A stretch of 64,000 nt of DNA from Setoptus koraiensis (GCA_048013815.1 CM106585.1:14942001-15006000), one strand, 5' to 3'; positions 12,603-25,793 are shown, numbered from the stretch's first letter. The notes: generated by a model from the letters alone, not told the origin. Program-made: numbers and translations.

Positions 12603-14934
12603 TTGCTATTAAAACATTATTATAATGATACTGGCCAATGGCCCACTCGCCACTCAATAATTAAGCCTTAATTTATTGCTTAATTGGTCAGTGTCTAAAC
12701 GATTTTATTCGGGCGCGCTTGCAATCGATTGCAATTAACGGACGACAATGAATGATGAGAATGATTAATCGATCATTCGCATTGTGTTCGGCCGGAGCTG
12801 TGCCAATTGTCGGCTTGTCGGACTGTCTCTCATTATTGGAGTCACTCATCCAATGCGAGCGCTCTCATTCGGCTCTCACTAAGCCCTCGTTGAGCTCTCA
12901 TTCGGCTCCAATCGGCTGTGGGCTCCAATCAGCTGTGGGCTCTAGTTAGCTATGGGCGCCGGCCCGCTGCAACTGAAGCGGCAGCGGCACCAACTAAAAC
13001 TGCAAGTGGCGGCTTGTCGGGCCGCCCGATAGCCGGCAGCCGCCGGTAGCCGGCTGCCGACCGACGATGAGTGGCCCGACGTGATACTATCACGGTGATA
13101 GGTGTGCCACGGCAAACAGAGGCCCGCAGAGCATGACGCAACAGAAGCTGCGTAGCAAACAAGCAACAAGTGAATGAGACAGAATTTAATTAGCGCAGCC
13201 GCTTGATGAATTGGGATAAACTGGCCGCTCGACGAGTTGGCAAACTAATTTGCCTAAAACGCATCGTTGTGGCGCGACCAGCGCCGAGGCCGTCATTTTG
13301 CTGTATCAGCAAATGCCGATCAGCAGCAGCAGCAGCGGCGGCGACAGCAGCAAATAATCAAGAGCGCAGTCTTGCCAAAAATACATGCATCGGGCCGCAT
13401 TTGGCGACTATCCTAATTGAAATTTTGTTTGATTGATCGAGCGCATTCAACGGCATGAGAGCGGCGCTGGCCAGAAGTGGTCACTCTGATCTGGCCGTTG
13501 AATATCTCGAACGCTTGAATGGGACGCCGAAAAGCATCCTTTTCAAGCTCACTCATGATGATTGCGACTGGATTCACTGGAAGGCAGCGCTGGCAAGATG
13601 AAATAAAACGCTTGGTCGGTTTTATTGGTGGCCGTATTCTGTTGTATGCTGCCTTGGATCATCTTAGTTACATCATCTGAGTTGGATCATCCAAGTTAGA
13701 TGGTTCGCCTGATAAAAGGCATGTTACGCAATACGGCGTGGCCATTCATCGAGCGTTGCTGTTGTTGTTGTTGTTGCTGTCGTTGTTGCCGCTGTTGTTG
13801 CATGAGAAGCTTGAGAGGGCCTGAGAGAGAGAGAGAGAGAGAGCTAATCAAGATCATGATCAACTTGATTAGCTCACTCAACGCTCGTATCATCGTTCGC
13901 TGGCAGTTATGATGGATAATTTCGAAGGCAGACTGTGCAACAACTGTGTGCAAAGAGACTCTTGCAGCGAATTAATAGAGTGTCTACACGCTTGCGACAC
14001 CATAACCTGGTCATAATCTGTGTCTACAAGCTGATATCATATTATATATTACGCCTGTGCGACCACTACCTGTTCTGTCTGCTACTACCTGTGCGAATGT
14101 GTGTTTGTTTGTGTGTGTTCTCTTTGTAAACAAGTGCTCGCTTCGAAATTCGAATGCTTCGATGGCGCTTCGATGGCGCTTCGTCCGAATGGCGAATGGC
14201 GAATGGCAACACAAATGCTGGCCGGTTACAAGTTGCAGCTGGACAACGGGCGGACAACTTACACTTTGTTTGGCGGCGCAACCGGCCGAGCCGCGAACAA
14301 CGCACATGTATCATCTCAGTCTGACAGTGACGACAATGACCACCGTCGTGACCACCATGCACACACTGTGCGAACTTGATTATCGCCATCATCGCCTACC
14401 TGTATGCCTCACCTGTATGCCTCACCTGGCCGAGCGTCTGTTTGGCCGGCTCGACGCTGGCCGGCTGGACACTGGCGGCCCGAAATAGCAATATGCTCAC
14501 ACAATGACTCGGTTGCGCAACACGCCGAGCAGCAGTCTAATGATATTAATTTATCTCATTATATATTGGCCAGCAAAGTGATTAATTTGCCCCTGAAACG
14601 GGCCGAGCCGCCGCCGAAATATCCGTCCATGAGAACCCTTTGAACCGTCCGATTGCCAGTGCGAATCGTTCGGTGGCGCGCAACTATTCGCTGTGAGAGA
14701 ACAATTCTCGCCGAAGCTCGCCCGCTCTGCCGGCCAAAAGCGACCGGCGCTGGCAATTCGACGAATGGAAATTCGCCAGCGACCGACTCATCGCCAGCAA
14801 TCATTGAAAACGAGCCACCGAAACGAATGCGACCAACCGCCAGTGGCCGCCGAGCGCATTGGCGAGTGGTCGCCACAAATAGCGGCCGGTCGCCACCAAT
14901 TCGCCAGCGACATGAGCAACATGAGCAGCCAATT

Positions 14935-14962
14935 CCGCCGTTGAATGGCCATTCAACGGCGG
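14935..14962. repeat. Perfect 28-bp palindrome with no spacer
   Basis: CCGCCGTTGAATGG|CCATTCAACGGCGG. Confidence 0.95.
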
Positions 14963-15885
14963 CCGAGAATGGCCAGAGAACGCAGCGAGAGAAAAAAGAC
15001 ATTAATTCGAACAGAAACTAATACGACAAAGCCAGCCAGCCAACAAACAAACAAACAAATCAGGATAATAAATTTTATTTTTGCAAGCCCACAAAGTTCA
15101 TTTTTGCTGCACCGCCGGCAGTAGCGGCGCCAACGTTACAGTTACGTCGACCACTTGTTGTTATTGTTGTTGCGCAAAGCCTGTTGCATCCAATATCAAA
15201 ACAAGCACACCATTCGAGGAAACTAGCGCCATTCCATGGACACTGTCAAATAATCCAATATCTGTGTCGTTGTTGGCCGTTGTTTGCCGTCTAGCAAGCG
15301 CCAAAATGCATGCCGTATGCCGCATGCCGTATGCCGTATGCATTTATATTGCGCAATGTGCAACAACTCATCGGAATGAACGTCTTTATCAATGTAAATA
15401 TGATAAATTAATCATAATCATAATCAAAATAATAATAATGCTGTGTGCGTTGCGTCATTCGCCGTCCGAGAGCCGTCCGAGTTGTCAGAGTTTGATTTGT
15501 TTGTCGCCTTGCATTGTATCGTATTTGCTCGCTGGCTGGCGGTCGTTGGCCCATTGGCGGGCGCTTCCTCTCTTTTTATCCGCTCTTTTTATGCTCACAA
15601 TGTCGGATCAGCGGCGGATAAGTTTTGAGCCAAGTTTCAACTTGCATCTATTACAAAAGTGTGCGAGCGTGTCGCCAGAGGGCCCCAGATGTGCCGCTGC
15701 ATGCAAATGATGAATGGACACTGTGGCTCACAATTTGCAACATCCCTTCAAAGTTTGCACAATCGGCTGCCTCCGCGCCGGCCTTTTATCCATGTGCGAT
15801 GCCCATCTCTGGCGGCTCGCCAGCGAATCACTAATAGTGATTCACTATTCTGACCGAGTCAAACAGCTCGATGAGGATCTGATTC

Positions 15886-16003
15886 GAAAAGTTTGTCCGA
15901 AAAGTTTGTTTGAAAAGTTTGTTTGAAAAGTTTGTTCGAAAAGTTTGTCCGAAAAGTTTGTCCGAAAAGTTTGTTCGAAAAGTTTGTTCGAAAAGTTTGT
16001 TCG
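15886..16003 (+). repeat. Tandem repeat, 13-bp unit GAAAAGTTTGTYY x9
   Basis: Units start at 15886 and every 13 nt through 15990. Confidence 0.95.
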
Positions 16004-16625
16004 CAGGGGTTGACTGGAAAAAGTTGGATTCGAAAATTGTGCGAGCCATTTCGTCGAGTTTCGCGACCCGTCGAAATCTAAAATCACCTCCCCGGCTGAA
16101 GCTCGATGGTCGCGAGTCGCGATCTCGACCGAAGTCAAATCAATGATTCGCACTGCAAACAAGCCGAGCCGAGGCTCGGAGTGTTCGGGTGGACGAAATG
16201 GCGCAAAAACAAGAATTGTTTCGTGTTCGCTCGTTCGAAGAATGATTTCTTTCCATCGGAGAGTGAAGGCATTGCCAACTTAGCTCTATTTGACGATATT
16301 ATTCATCCGACTTTACGTAACTTGTGGCTCGCGACTGGCGCGATCTCTCACCACAACATTGGTGTTACAACCACTGAGTGTTATATATAAATAATGTGCA
16401 ATTTCAACCTGTTTCCCTGCGCTGCGATTTGAGTTTGCGAGCGCCATCGGCTTTGGATTACGGCCGGGCGCGGGCCGTTGCGGGCAGCGGGCTAAGCAGA
16501 GATTAGGAGTCGAGATTAGGCCAAGCCGCGGCTCATCTACTGGATGCGCAAACTGTTACATGACGCAGTGCTATTTATTGCCTCGACAGCCGATTGCGAA
16601 TCGAACAGGCCGCTCGAACTTGGAT

Positions 16626-16666
16626 TTCGAAGCGTTCGCGGCGTTCGAAGCGTTCGCGGCGTTCGA
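16626..16666 (+). repeat. Tandem repeat, 18-bp unit TTCGAAGCGTTCGCGGCG x2+; member of the dispersed TTCGAAGCGTTC family
   Basis: The same 12-mer occurs at 22128 and 37719, and on the reverse strand at 38140, 38163 and 38181. Confidence 0.85.
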
Positions 16667-19600
16667 CGCTGTTCGCTCCGAGGAGAGCGTCGTCATGCCG
16701 ACAGAGTGCGGCCAGGTGCACTCGAAACACCGTTACAAGCCGTTCGTTGTGTCGGCGCCTGGCGCGCGTAATCTATGTGTCTCGGCAGGGCTCTGCGGCC
16801 ACTTTCCAGCACACACTTCGAAAATTATGCAACTGCTGTCAGTGGACATGCGAGTGGTTAGAAAGTGGAGCACTCATGTCTAAACGGGCGCATAAATAGA
16901 TTTATTCATGTCCATTTGTTTGAGCGGCCGGCGAGCGAACTCTATCCGAACTCCATTCGAAATTGACAGCTCCAGTTGGCCATTCGAGTTGCAGCAATTG
17001 GAGTTGAAAGAGTGCAGCGCTCACGCTCGTATTCGCACACAATTCGGGCTCCTCCGGCGCTCACCGCTGGCTGTGGCGCTCGCCGATGGCTCAAGTGGCG
17101 CAATTGCGGCCGATGGCTCGAGTGGCGCGATTGCGGTCGATGGCGGCGCTGACGGCCGGCCAGCGCGAAATCAAAAAGAGAAAATCTCTCAATCAATTGA
17201 AAATTCAAATCGCAGGTAACTCACACAACGGGATCAACTGGATCGCGCCGTTACTATCGGCTCGACGGGTTGCGGCTCGTCAAGCGGCCAAACTCTCGCT
17301 CTTGGCAGCGAGTTCCAGTTCGCTCCAGAAATCGCTCGCTCTTCAATTCGAAGTTCGAAGCCACGAAGCCACGAAGCCACGAAGCCTCGCAGCGCCAAGG
17401 CGAGATCGATCTTGCGCCGACCCGCTGCTTTGGCCTGCATATGCCAAGCGAACGATGTCAGCGGTTTTCGGTTGTGTGGCGGGCCGGCGCGTTGCAATCG
17501 ATGGCCGCGGTGTGTCGTTCTACTGGCTTCTATTAGAACTGGCCTCTATTAGAACTGGCTCATTTGAATTTTTCGCTGTCTGTTGTCAGTGATGTCGAGA
17601 CCGTCGGGTCAATCTGTGCGATTGGCCCGATCGGTGAAGCCTCCCGATGGAAACCGTCCGATTGCGCACAGTATGAGCACCGGCGTGTCAGTCATTTCGT
17701 TCTATTTTCACCTGTTCACCTGCGCCGGCCATTGGCTGGCCGTTGATGTGTGTGCCGGCCACGATGATGGCCGAAAATATCTGTCTATTTATCTGACCTC
17801 GCACCACTAGTTCCGTGGATATTGCGCAATACTCGTCACTGTTAGCAGATTTATCCCGGCGAAACAACCAATCAACCGAGGGCTCAATCGAAAGCCATCG
17901 TGTCACAAGCGCCAGAAAGTGGCAGCGTTACACACGGATTACGTCACCATTGCAAAAGCGCCCGCGCTCACCTGTTGGCCGAAGTTGATTTGGCGGCGCC
18001 AAATCAATTGACGCTGGCCGAGCTCGGACAGAGCGTGCAATGATTTGATTGGTGGCTCATCGACTCAAATCATTCATTGCATGCGGGGGCCGCACAGCCA
18101 CCGCACACGTTGGTGCCAGATTGTTTGGCCGATTGGTGCCGGCCGACACTGTCAGAGATCGCCGAAACGTTTGGCCCCGGCGCCCCTGAGGACCGTGCCC
18201 GAAACAATGTGAACAGTGTGACACGATGCGCGCCACCAATATTCATAAATTATAATGCCCGCATGATGCAGTTACGGCATTACGGCGACGTCAATTTATT
18301 ATTGATACGCCGAGTCGTCATGCAAATGTGCGTTGAATATGAAACGCAAGCAGAAAAAAAAAATGAGTGTCAGCATGTTTTTTGGCAACAAGCAATCATA
18401 TTCGAATTAAGCACGACCCGTCGCCCCCATTCGACCGGACGAAGCTGGCACGAGCACCGGATAGGCCAACGAGTATGCCAATGTGCAGCGTCGCACCACA
18501 ATTGCCGGGCCCCATCAAAAAGTGCACGTGCACCGGGGCACTTTTTGTTTATGCTGTCGAAAGCTTTTCACATTATCATGTTATTATCTAATATGATAGC
18601 ACGGGCGCAATTATGGGGCCCGTGCTTGCACCATGTCACGCTGTCGGCGTGCCGTTAGCAGGCATGTCCGATTGAGGCACTAATTCAGGGGCAGCGCATT
18701 CATTTTGGTTCATATTGCTGCCGCTTGGAATTGTTTGGCCCGGTGGGCCGATGCAAAACAATTGTCGCCGGCCGTCGCATTTATCCATTCTATCTATCCA
18801 TTTTGTCGCATTCATGTAATTCATCGGCACTGGCTAATATCGGCTGGCAAGGGCAAGGGGCGATATCAGCCGACATTGGCCAATTCGATTATCGCTCGGT
18901 AATGAAATCCACACAGATGGGGCACAAATGAAATGGAGCGATTCGGGCCCCAGTTTTCGTTGTCAGAGGGCTGAAAATCTGAAAATTCGCAGCAGCCATA
19001 CGCAGCAGCCATAGACGCATTGGCGCTTGCCGAGAACGCGACCAAGCGACCAACTTTTCGCACACTTTTCAGTCGGCGGAGCCCCGCAACTTATGGCCCA
19101 TAAGAGGGGCCCCAAAAGAGGCGTCTCGTTGGCGTCTAATTTTAATTTGAATTGAATGAATTAGCGCGCTGAAGGCAGCATCTATTTAGCGGGGGCTGTT
19201 GCAGCATACATTAGCTACTTTACATTGTGCTGCTGCTGGCAGCATTACGTAATATCACTGCACTACCGACTATAATACGCAATATTACTCAGTTACGTAA
19301 TATTGTATAATAGGCGTACGTACAGACGGCGTAGGCAGGACACGTAAGGGAAAGGTGGCCAAGTGAAGCGTTTGACTCAATCAGAGGCGCCGGCGGGCTT
19401 CGGTGCAAAGTTTGTTTGTGCCGGCGCGGATTCCGTTGTGTCAAACGCCACAAACAACACACAATCGCTTCTCGCTTCTCGCGCTTTTTCGCGTGCTCGC
19501 TAGCGACGAATAATAATCAGCAGCGAGCAACTTTGAATAGGCATGAATAGTTCGAGTGCGCTCGATCGGCGCGAGGGGCCCCTCGAATTCGGCGCGCGCG

Positions 19601-21596
19601 CGCCCGAACTGGCACGGGCATTCGTCATCAGCATAAAATTGCTTCTTTTATGCAGTTTCGAGTGGGCCCACTGCGCGCCGCATCTACCGTGCTTGTTACA
19701 CATCCCGTGCTTGTTACATCTACCGTGCTTGTTACATAACACAAAGCGCTGCCATTGTCCGCCGCCATCTATATCATCGGCAGCGAATAATCAGCGGCCA
19801 GAATCTCATCAGGCTGGCAAAATTGTCAACGGCGCCCCACCAGTGGCCCCAAAACACCGCCAGTTACGTAATACGTAACGTGCGCACGTTGCATGCAAAC
19901 GCAAACTTGCAGTCGCGTCTAACTGGCACGGCCACAGAAACAATGCGCTTGTCAGCAAACAAAAAACACGTGACACCAACTTGTACGTGTCGATTTGCGC
20001 GCGCTTCTTATCCGCAGCTTTTGTTCGGCTCGGCGGCGCCACTCGCCGCTTGCGTTTGTTTTGCCGTCGCTTGTCGTTGGATGTTGTCGGTTGTTGTCGG
20101 TTGTTGGCCGCTGTCGGCTGCTGTCGGTTGCTGTTGCTCGCTGGTTGCTGGCTCCCCCTGTTACGTAATCCAATGAGCCCGCCAATGAGTGGTGGCTGTT
20201 TTTTGCGAGCCTCGTGCGTTGCTCGGCTCACTTGCCGCGCTCACACTGCGCGCGTCTCACAGACACAAAGTGCAAAGTCGAGCTTAATTGAATTACAATT
20301 TCAGCCGGATTCCCGCTCGCACAATAATATTACACCCGATTTGTACCCATGATACCAAGCATGACTGGGCCCACTTGGGCCCAAACTGTTGGGGCCCGAC
20401 AGCCAACATCCAAGTGCGCGGCAAATTGCGCACAGTTGAAAACGAGTTGAGCACTATACCGGTTCGATACATTCGATTGTTAGATATTACAGAAGCATTA
20501 GTAGTCAATAATGATCAAAATAATAATAATGTTATGCCCGCCGATCATTTCCTGTGCCCGCTTCCTGTGCAATGTGGGCACCCTAACTTTGCGGGTATTA
20601 GTAATACCCCCAAAGTGTGTGTGTGTGTGTGTCGTGGCCAGAGCCAATCAGGCCACTGGAAACTTGCAACTTGCAGCGGATACAGGTTTGGTTTAAATTT
20701 GAGCGGCGCGCAGATAATTGCGATAATTTGCGCCGATATTATTATTTTGGTTGCGAGGTGCGTAACGACACCTCGCTCAAGTGTAGCCAAACTACAATCT
20801 GATCGCACAAACTACAACCTGATCGGTGGCTCGAGCCGGGCCCGCGTAACTGCGTAATCATGGCACACCGATAATGATGCGCACTCCACCGTTGGGGCGC
20901 CAGTGACCGTCTCGCGGGATCGCGAGCCGGTGCGCCCGGCGGGCCCAGCGGGTTTGTTGCGGCGACTTGTGCATTGGCGCCGATGTGATCAGATGATAAC
21001 GCCGGCCGGCCGAACGGATAATTTCTGTTGCCCAAGCTAGAACTGCAATGAACTGCGCAAAATAGCAGTGAGGCGCAATCGATAATTGAGTGCTCCCAAC
21101 AGCAACACAAATCTATCATATTCCTTGTTGCGCAACAAATATGATAGAATCAAAATCTCGATTCACCGGTGCGGGCAACACGTTGGCTCAATCGCTTGTG
21201 TGAGTGCTCTGTTTGGGGCGATGATGATTTTTGCGGTGATTAGATTGGTGGGCAGCGGCGGTGGGTAAACAGCGCCCATTGGGCATTGTTTGGCTTGTGC
21301 GCGTCGGAATATCACAACTCGGAGTGTCTAATGTGATGCCCAACCCAATCATATTAGACCGACCGTAGATAGAGCGCATTACACGATATGTATTATATGA
21401 TAGATGGATCAGTGGAGAATACACTTGTGCTGGCGGGCCCCGCGATGGGCGCCCGCGTCCCATTTGATATTATTGATTCTTGGCGGCGTGTGTGACTCAG
21501 CAGAACAAAACAGAAACACAAACACTCACTTTTCGCTCGCACTTCCGGCTTCTCGCTGCCATCGCTGGCGTGTGTGTGTGTAATTGGAACTGTTTG

Positions 21597-21643
21597 TTAA
21601 TTCCGGCCCGTTGTTGCGGCGAGCAACAACGGGCCGGAATTAA
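21597..21643. repeat. Inverted repeat, 21-bp perfect arms, 5-nt loop
   Basis: TTAATTCCGGCCCGTTGTTGC-ggcga-GCAACAACGGGCCGGAATTAA. Confidence 0.97.
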
Positions 21644-23912
21644 GCCAACGAGCGGCCGATGATCGCCGAGAGTGATCTATCGAGAGTGCAGGCCATCGGT
21701 GTGGTCATTTTGGAAGCGCCAACCGAAATTTTTGGAAGCGCCAATAAATGGCGCGCCAATATCACATATTACCCATATAACATATTGGATATTACGGTTA
21801 TTGGTTTGACGGGCCGTAGCCCGACGAGCCAGCGACAGCGCCACGAAGAATGGAAATCATCATCGGACGGAATGGGCCAATTTGAATTGCAATTGTTTTC
21901 AATTGGAACCGACTTGGAACGCGCGCCGGCCGCAACCGACAGGCTCGGGCTCCGCTTTGCGCCCGCTGTCACTGGCTCCGGCGATGAGTTGTCGGAGAAA
22001 TCATGCGATCACGATAATCATAACACTGTGACAGGCGGCCAGTGTGCGAGGGTGGCCGACGGCGCGCGCACCGGCCCGCTCCGAGCACCAACGGCCAACA
22101 AACAAACAGACCGACAAACAAGCGACATTCGAAGCGTTCGAAGCGCTCGAAATCGTCTGTGGCCGCTCGTGATCGCTTGTGCGAGGGGCCGCAAAAAGAG
22201 CGCACACAAACTGCGCGCTTTGTATCGATTTGCGACGGAGGGAGCCCTGCTAATTTCTATAATTTGGCCGCTCCGTCGTCCGTTGTGCCGGCCAGTGCGC
22301 GCGTCGGTCATCTCCGTGTCATTACGTTCAATTTCCATCAGTTTATTTTGTTTATATTCGATTGCCGGCGCTTCCAACTGGCAACTGGGGAGCGCGAGTC
22401 GGGGCCGACTTGTCCGCTTGTTGGCCGCGGCTCGTTCGCTTGTTGGCCGCCAACTCGCAGCAAAGAACGGCCAGAATTGTCGCGGGCGCCATTGTTGCGA
22501 CACACTCGGGCCGTCCAATTAGTGCGCGAGTGCCCGAGCGGACAGTATGGCCCAACATACAATATTGTTGTGCATTATGTATTGTTTGCCATTAATAGAT
22601 CACTGGCTGCGAGAGAGTCGCTCTAATGCAATTGGCGCAGCGCCCCAATCTGTTACGCAAGTTGCACAAACAAGTTTGCGCAGTGACACGCTGCAAACTG
22701 TGAAGAATCTGCACAGACGGCGCCGGCGGCACAGATCGACGGCGGTGCCCCAAGATGGTGTGGTCAACATTTGTTTGCTGTGTGTCAATATATTGTAATG
22801 ACCGGCCAACAATTACATAATGGACAGCGACACAGCAGCGACACAGTGCGCTATACTTTCAAATCAACTAATGCCCATTTTCCGGTCATGGGGGCACCCA
22901 GACCACCCGCCTGGACGCAGCATTATGTAACGCAACTTGTGTTACATGTTGACTTGTGTTGCGCAAGGTAGCCGAGGTGGCCGGCCAAGGGCCAATCAAT
23001 CAAATGGCGCCTAGCCCATTATTATGTAATCTGTGCTGTTGTTGTTGTCGCTCATCGTGATCGGGCCGTCGTGTTGCCGGCCCGACTGGCCCGGCCGGCC
23101 GGCCGGCCTGCCAGCGATAACACGACGGCCAGATAACATCTGAGCCACTGGCCAGTTGGGCAAACTCTGGCGGCCGAAGCGGCTTGTGGCGACCGAAGCG
23201 GCTTCTGGCCGGCTGAGAATATCGCGCAGCCATTGTTTGGTTTTGCCCGAGCGGCCGGCGCCGTTGTCGCGCAAACACAGCACGGCTACGACACACACAC
23301 ACACACCAAAAGAACATGACAAAAAGAACAATCACAATGCAACTTTTGAACTCGGCCAACTCTCCCCTCTTGCCAGCGACATGGATTATGGCCGCCACTG
23401 TCCGACGGTCAGTCTCCGAACTGTCGAGGCACAAACAAGCGACGAGACCAGTTATCTGTTTGCTCTAAACTCTGTGCAAACTCTCGCACAAACGCCACTC
23501 GCTGGCCATTTGGCGAAGCCAACTTGTCAAGTGCAAAGAAGCGCTCTCTTCTGTCGAGTTCATGCAAGTTGTTGCGACCCGTTCCGAGATGCGCCCGAGC
23601 CCGGCCGCGCGACGCTCCAAAGCGGCCCGACGCTCCGAGTTGCTCCACCCGAAGCGGCCCGAGATGCGCCACCGAACATACTCGGGCTTGTCCGCATGCA
23701 TTCAGCGATATATTTATGGCCGCCACTAATCATTTGCAATCGCATCATGGGATTGCGTCGCCACTTCCGACGATGCGATGCCATTATTATTATTATTATT
23801 TACATTGCGATATTCTGGCACAGTGCACAACGTTGCATAATAGTAAAACCATTGCGTCACAGCAGCGCTAGTTGTGACCTGAACACTGGCCACGACAGCC
23901 CGTCCCGTCATT

Positions 23913-23975
23913 GGCGAATCTAGCGAATCTGGCCGATCTGGCCAATCTGGCCAATTCCGCCAATTTCGCCAATTT
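23913..23975 (+). repeat. 9-bp tandem array x7 with stepwise sequence drift
   Basis: ggcgaatct agcgaatct ggccgatct ggccaatct ggccaattc cgccaattt cgccaattt. Confidence 0.85.
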
Positions 23976-25700
23976 GCCGGTCGGTCGGCCGGCCGAAAAA
24001 CTCTGTTTAGGCCGCCCTTGCGCCACTACAATGCGCAATCGTAATAATCAATTGTGCAGAGAGTGTCTTCTCTGGCTCTCTGGCTTCTCTCTGGCTTCTT
24101 TTCGGCTCGCTTGGCGCGCTCTTTTGCTTCTCTGCTGTCCACTACAACAACTGCACCACAACGACTGCACCACAACGACTGCACCACAACGACCGCACCA
24201 CAACGAACGCACCACAGCGACTGCACCGCAACAACTGCACTGCAGCAACTGCAATTACCTCCGCCGCGGTGCCTCGCACACCTAATGATACCCGCATGAT
24301 GACGAACTTATTCAAATGTCACGACAGCCTCAATTACGCCAATTTGCCGCCGCCCGGCGACCTGCGGCGTCTCGAGCGTCGCGGGCCGGTTTCGAGCGAT
24401 CGCTCTCTGTTGCGGTCGCCTTGCATTGGCGGTCGCCGCTGAGTTGCGGGCCGCTCCATGCGGCGCCGAGCTCGCTGCCGAGCGGCGCAACGGGCACCGA
24501 ATCACCGCAATCGGACCCTGTAGCAGAGCAGAGCCGAGCCAGAGGCCGGCCACTGGCAAAGTTGCAGCCACGATCGTATCTCGTGAGCGAGCATGGCCAA
24601 GTGGGCAGACTGCAGCCCGAGCGGGCGACCCCTGACGGCGGTTTCTTTGTTTGGCGACGAAGAAAAGATTTAATAACGCGACAAGGATAATTCAATATCT
24701 TGCAATAAATTCATCCATAGTGCTCAAGTTGAGTCATCTATCAATCAGGTGCCAATTGAAGCGAACCGTTCGCTCAATCGGGACGCCACAATGTGAATTC
24801 TTTGAGCCGCTCGCTTCGTGCGCCGCCGCTCGGGTTCGTCGGTTCGACGGCTGGTCGGCCCGTCGGTTGTCGGGTTCGTCACAACACGACGACGACGACG
24901 ACGGGCCGACGTCATGTCATGACGGCCAATCTCGGCGAACGAGCGACAGGGCCAATCCAAACAGAGCGCCACTTGCTCGTTATGTTGTCTCTTATCACGT
25001 TGTAGCTCGTTCTCGTTGCAAATTGCCGCCCGCCCGACGCTCGCCCGTCGCTGATTTCGCCGCCGGCCGCCCGAATGTGCGCATTGTTTCCATTCTGCCC
25101 ACTCCGGCCCGCGCCCGATTCTCCGGCCCGTCGGCTCTCGATCGCGCCGATTCTCTAGTCTCCGTCGTCTGTCGAATCTCCGTTCGCTCGATTGTCGCCA
25201 GTGTCGCCAGTGTCGCCAGTGTCGCCGCCACTCGCCAGATTCGCCCCTCGAATGTCGGATGTGCGTGCGCCGCTAGCGGTGCGGACGGTGCAGCAAGACA
25301 GTGCCGCGACAACCACTCAAACTGAGCTGTCAGTTGAGCCCGTCTGAACATGTCACATCATTGTGATCCGGCCGCCGCCAACGGAGCACGTGCTCGTGCG
25401 CCCTCTGTCGCTGATGTCGCGCCAATCTCAATATTATCATGCCGCCATGTATAAGCTGCTTGTGTGTGTCATTTAATATTACGTAACAATCATCGTGTTG
25501 TAGGCAGGCGGCGATGTTTACGTGCAAACAATGATTGCGTCGCCGTCGTTGGCGTTGTCGCCGCCAGTGTCGTTGTTGCTGGCGCTGGCGTCGCTGTTGT
25601 TGTTGGCGTGCGATATGGGTGCGCATCACAGTGGTAGCAGCATCTGGTGCAAATATGATGCTCGCGTCACCAGAGATCATCGAACTGGCGCTGGCCATGT

Positions 25701-25793
25701 GCATCGGGCCAGCAGCGCTGCATCGGGCCGACAGCGCCGGATCGGGCCGACAGCGCCGGATCGGGCCAGCAGCGCCGGATCGGGCCGACAGCG
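25701..25793 (+). repeat. Minisatellite, 19-bp unit G(C/G)ATCGGGCC(AG/GA)CAGCGCY x5, followed by a 9-bp-period array at ~25861-25965
   Basis: Direct inspection. These arrays account for the long overlapping ORFs here. Confidence 0.9.

Noticed and set aside
21597-21643. piggyBac-type mini-element because of the flanking TTAA
   Set aside because: TTAA is self-complementary and simply part of the inverted arm. The inner ends do not start with the usual CCC-type piggyBac terminus, and there is no second copy in the window.
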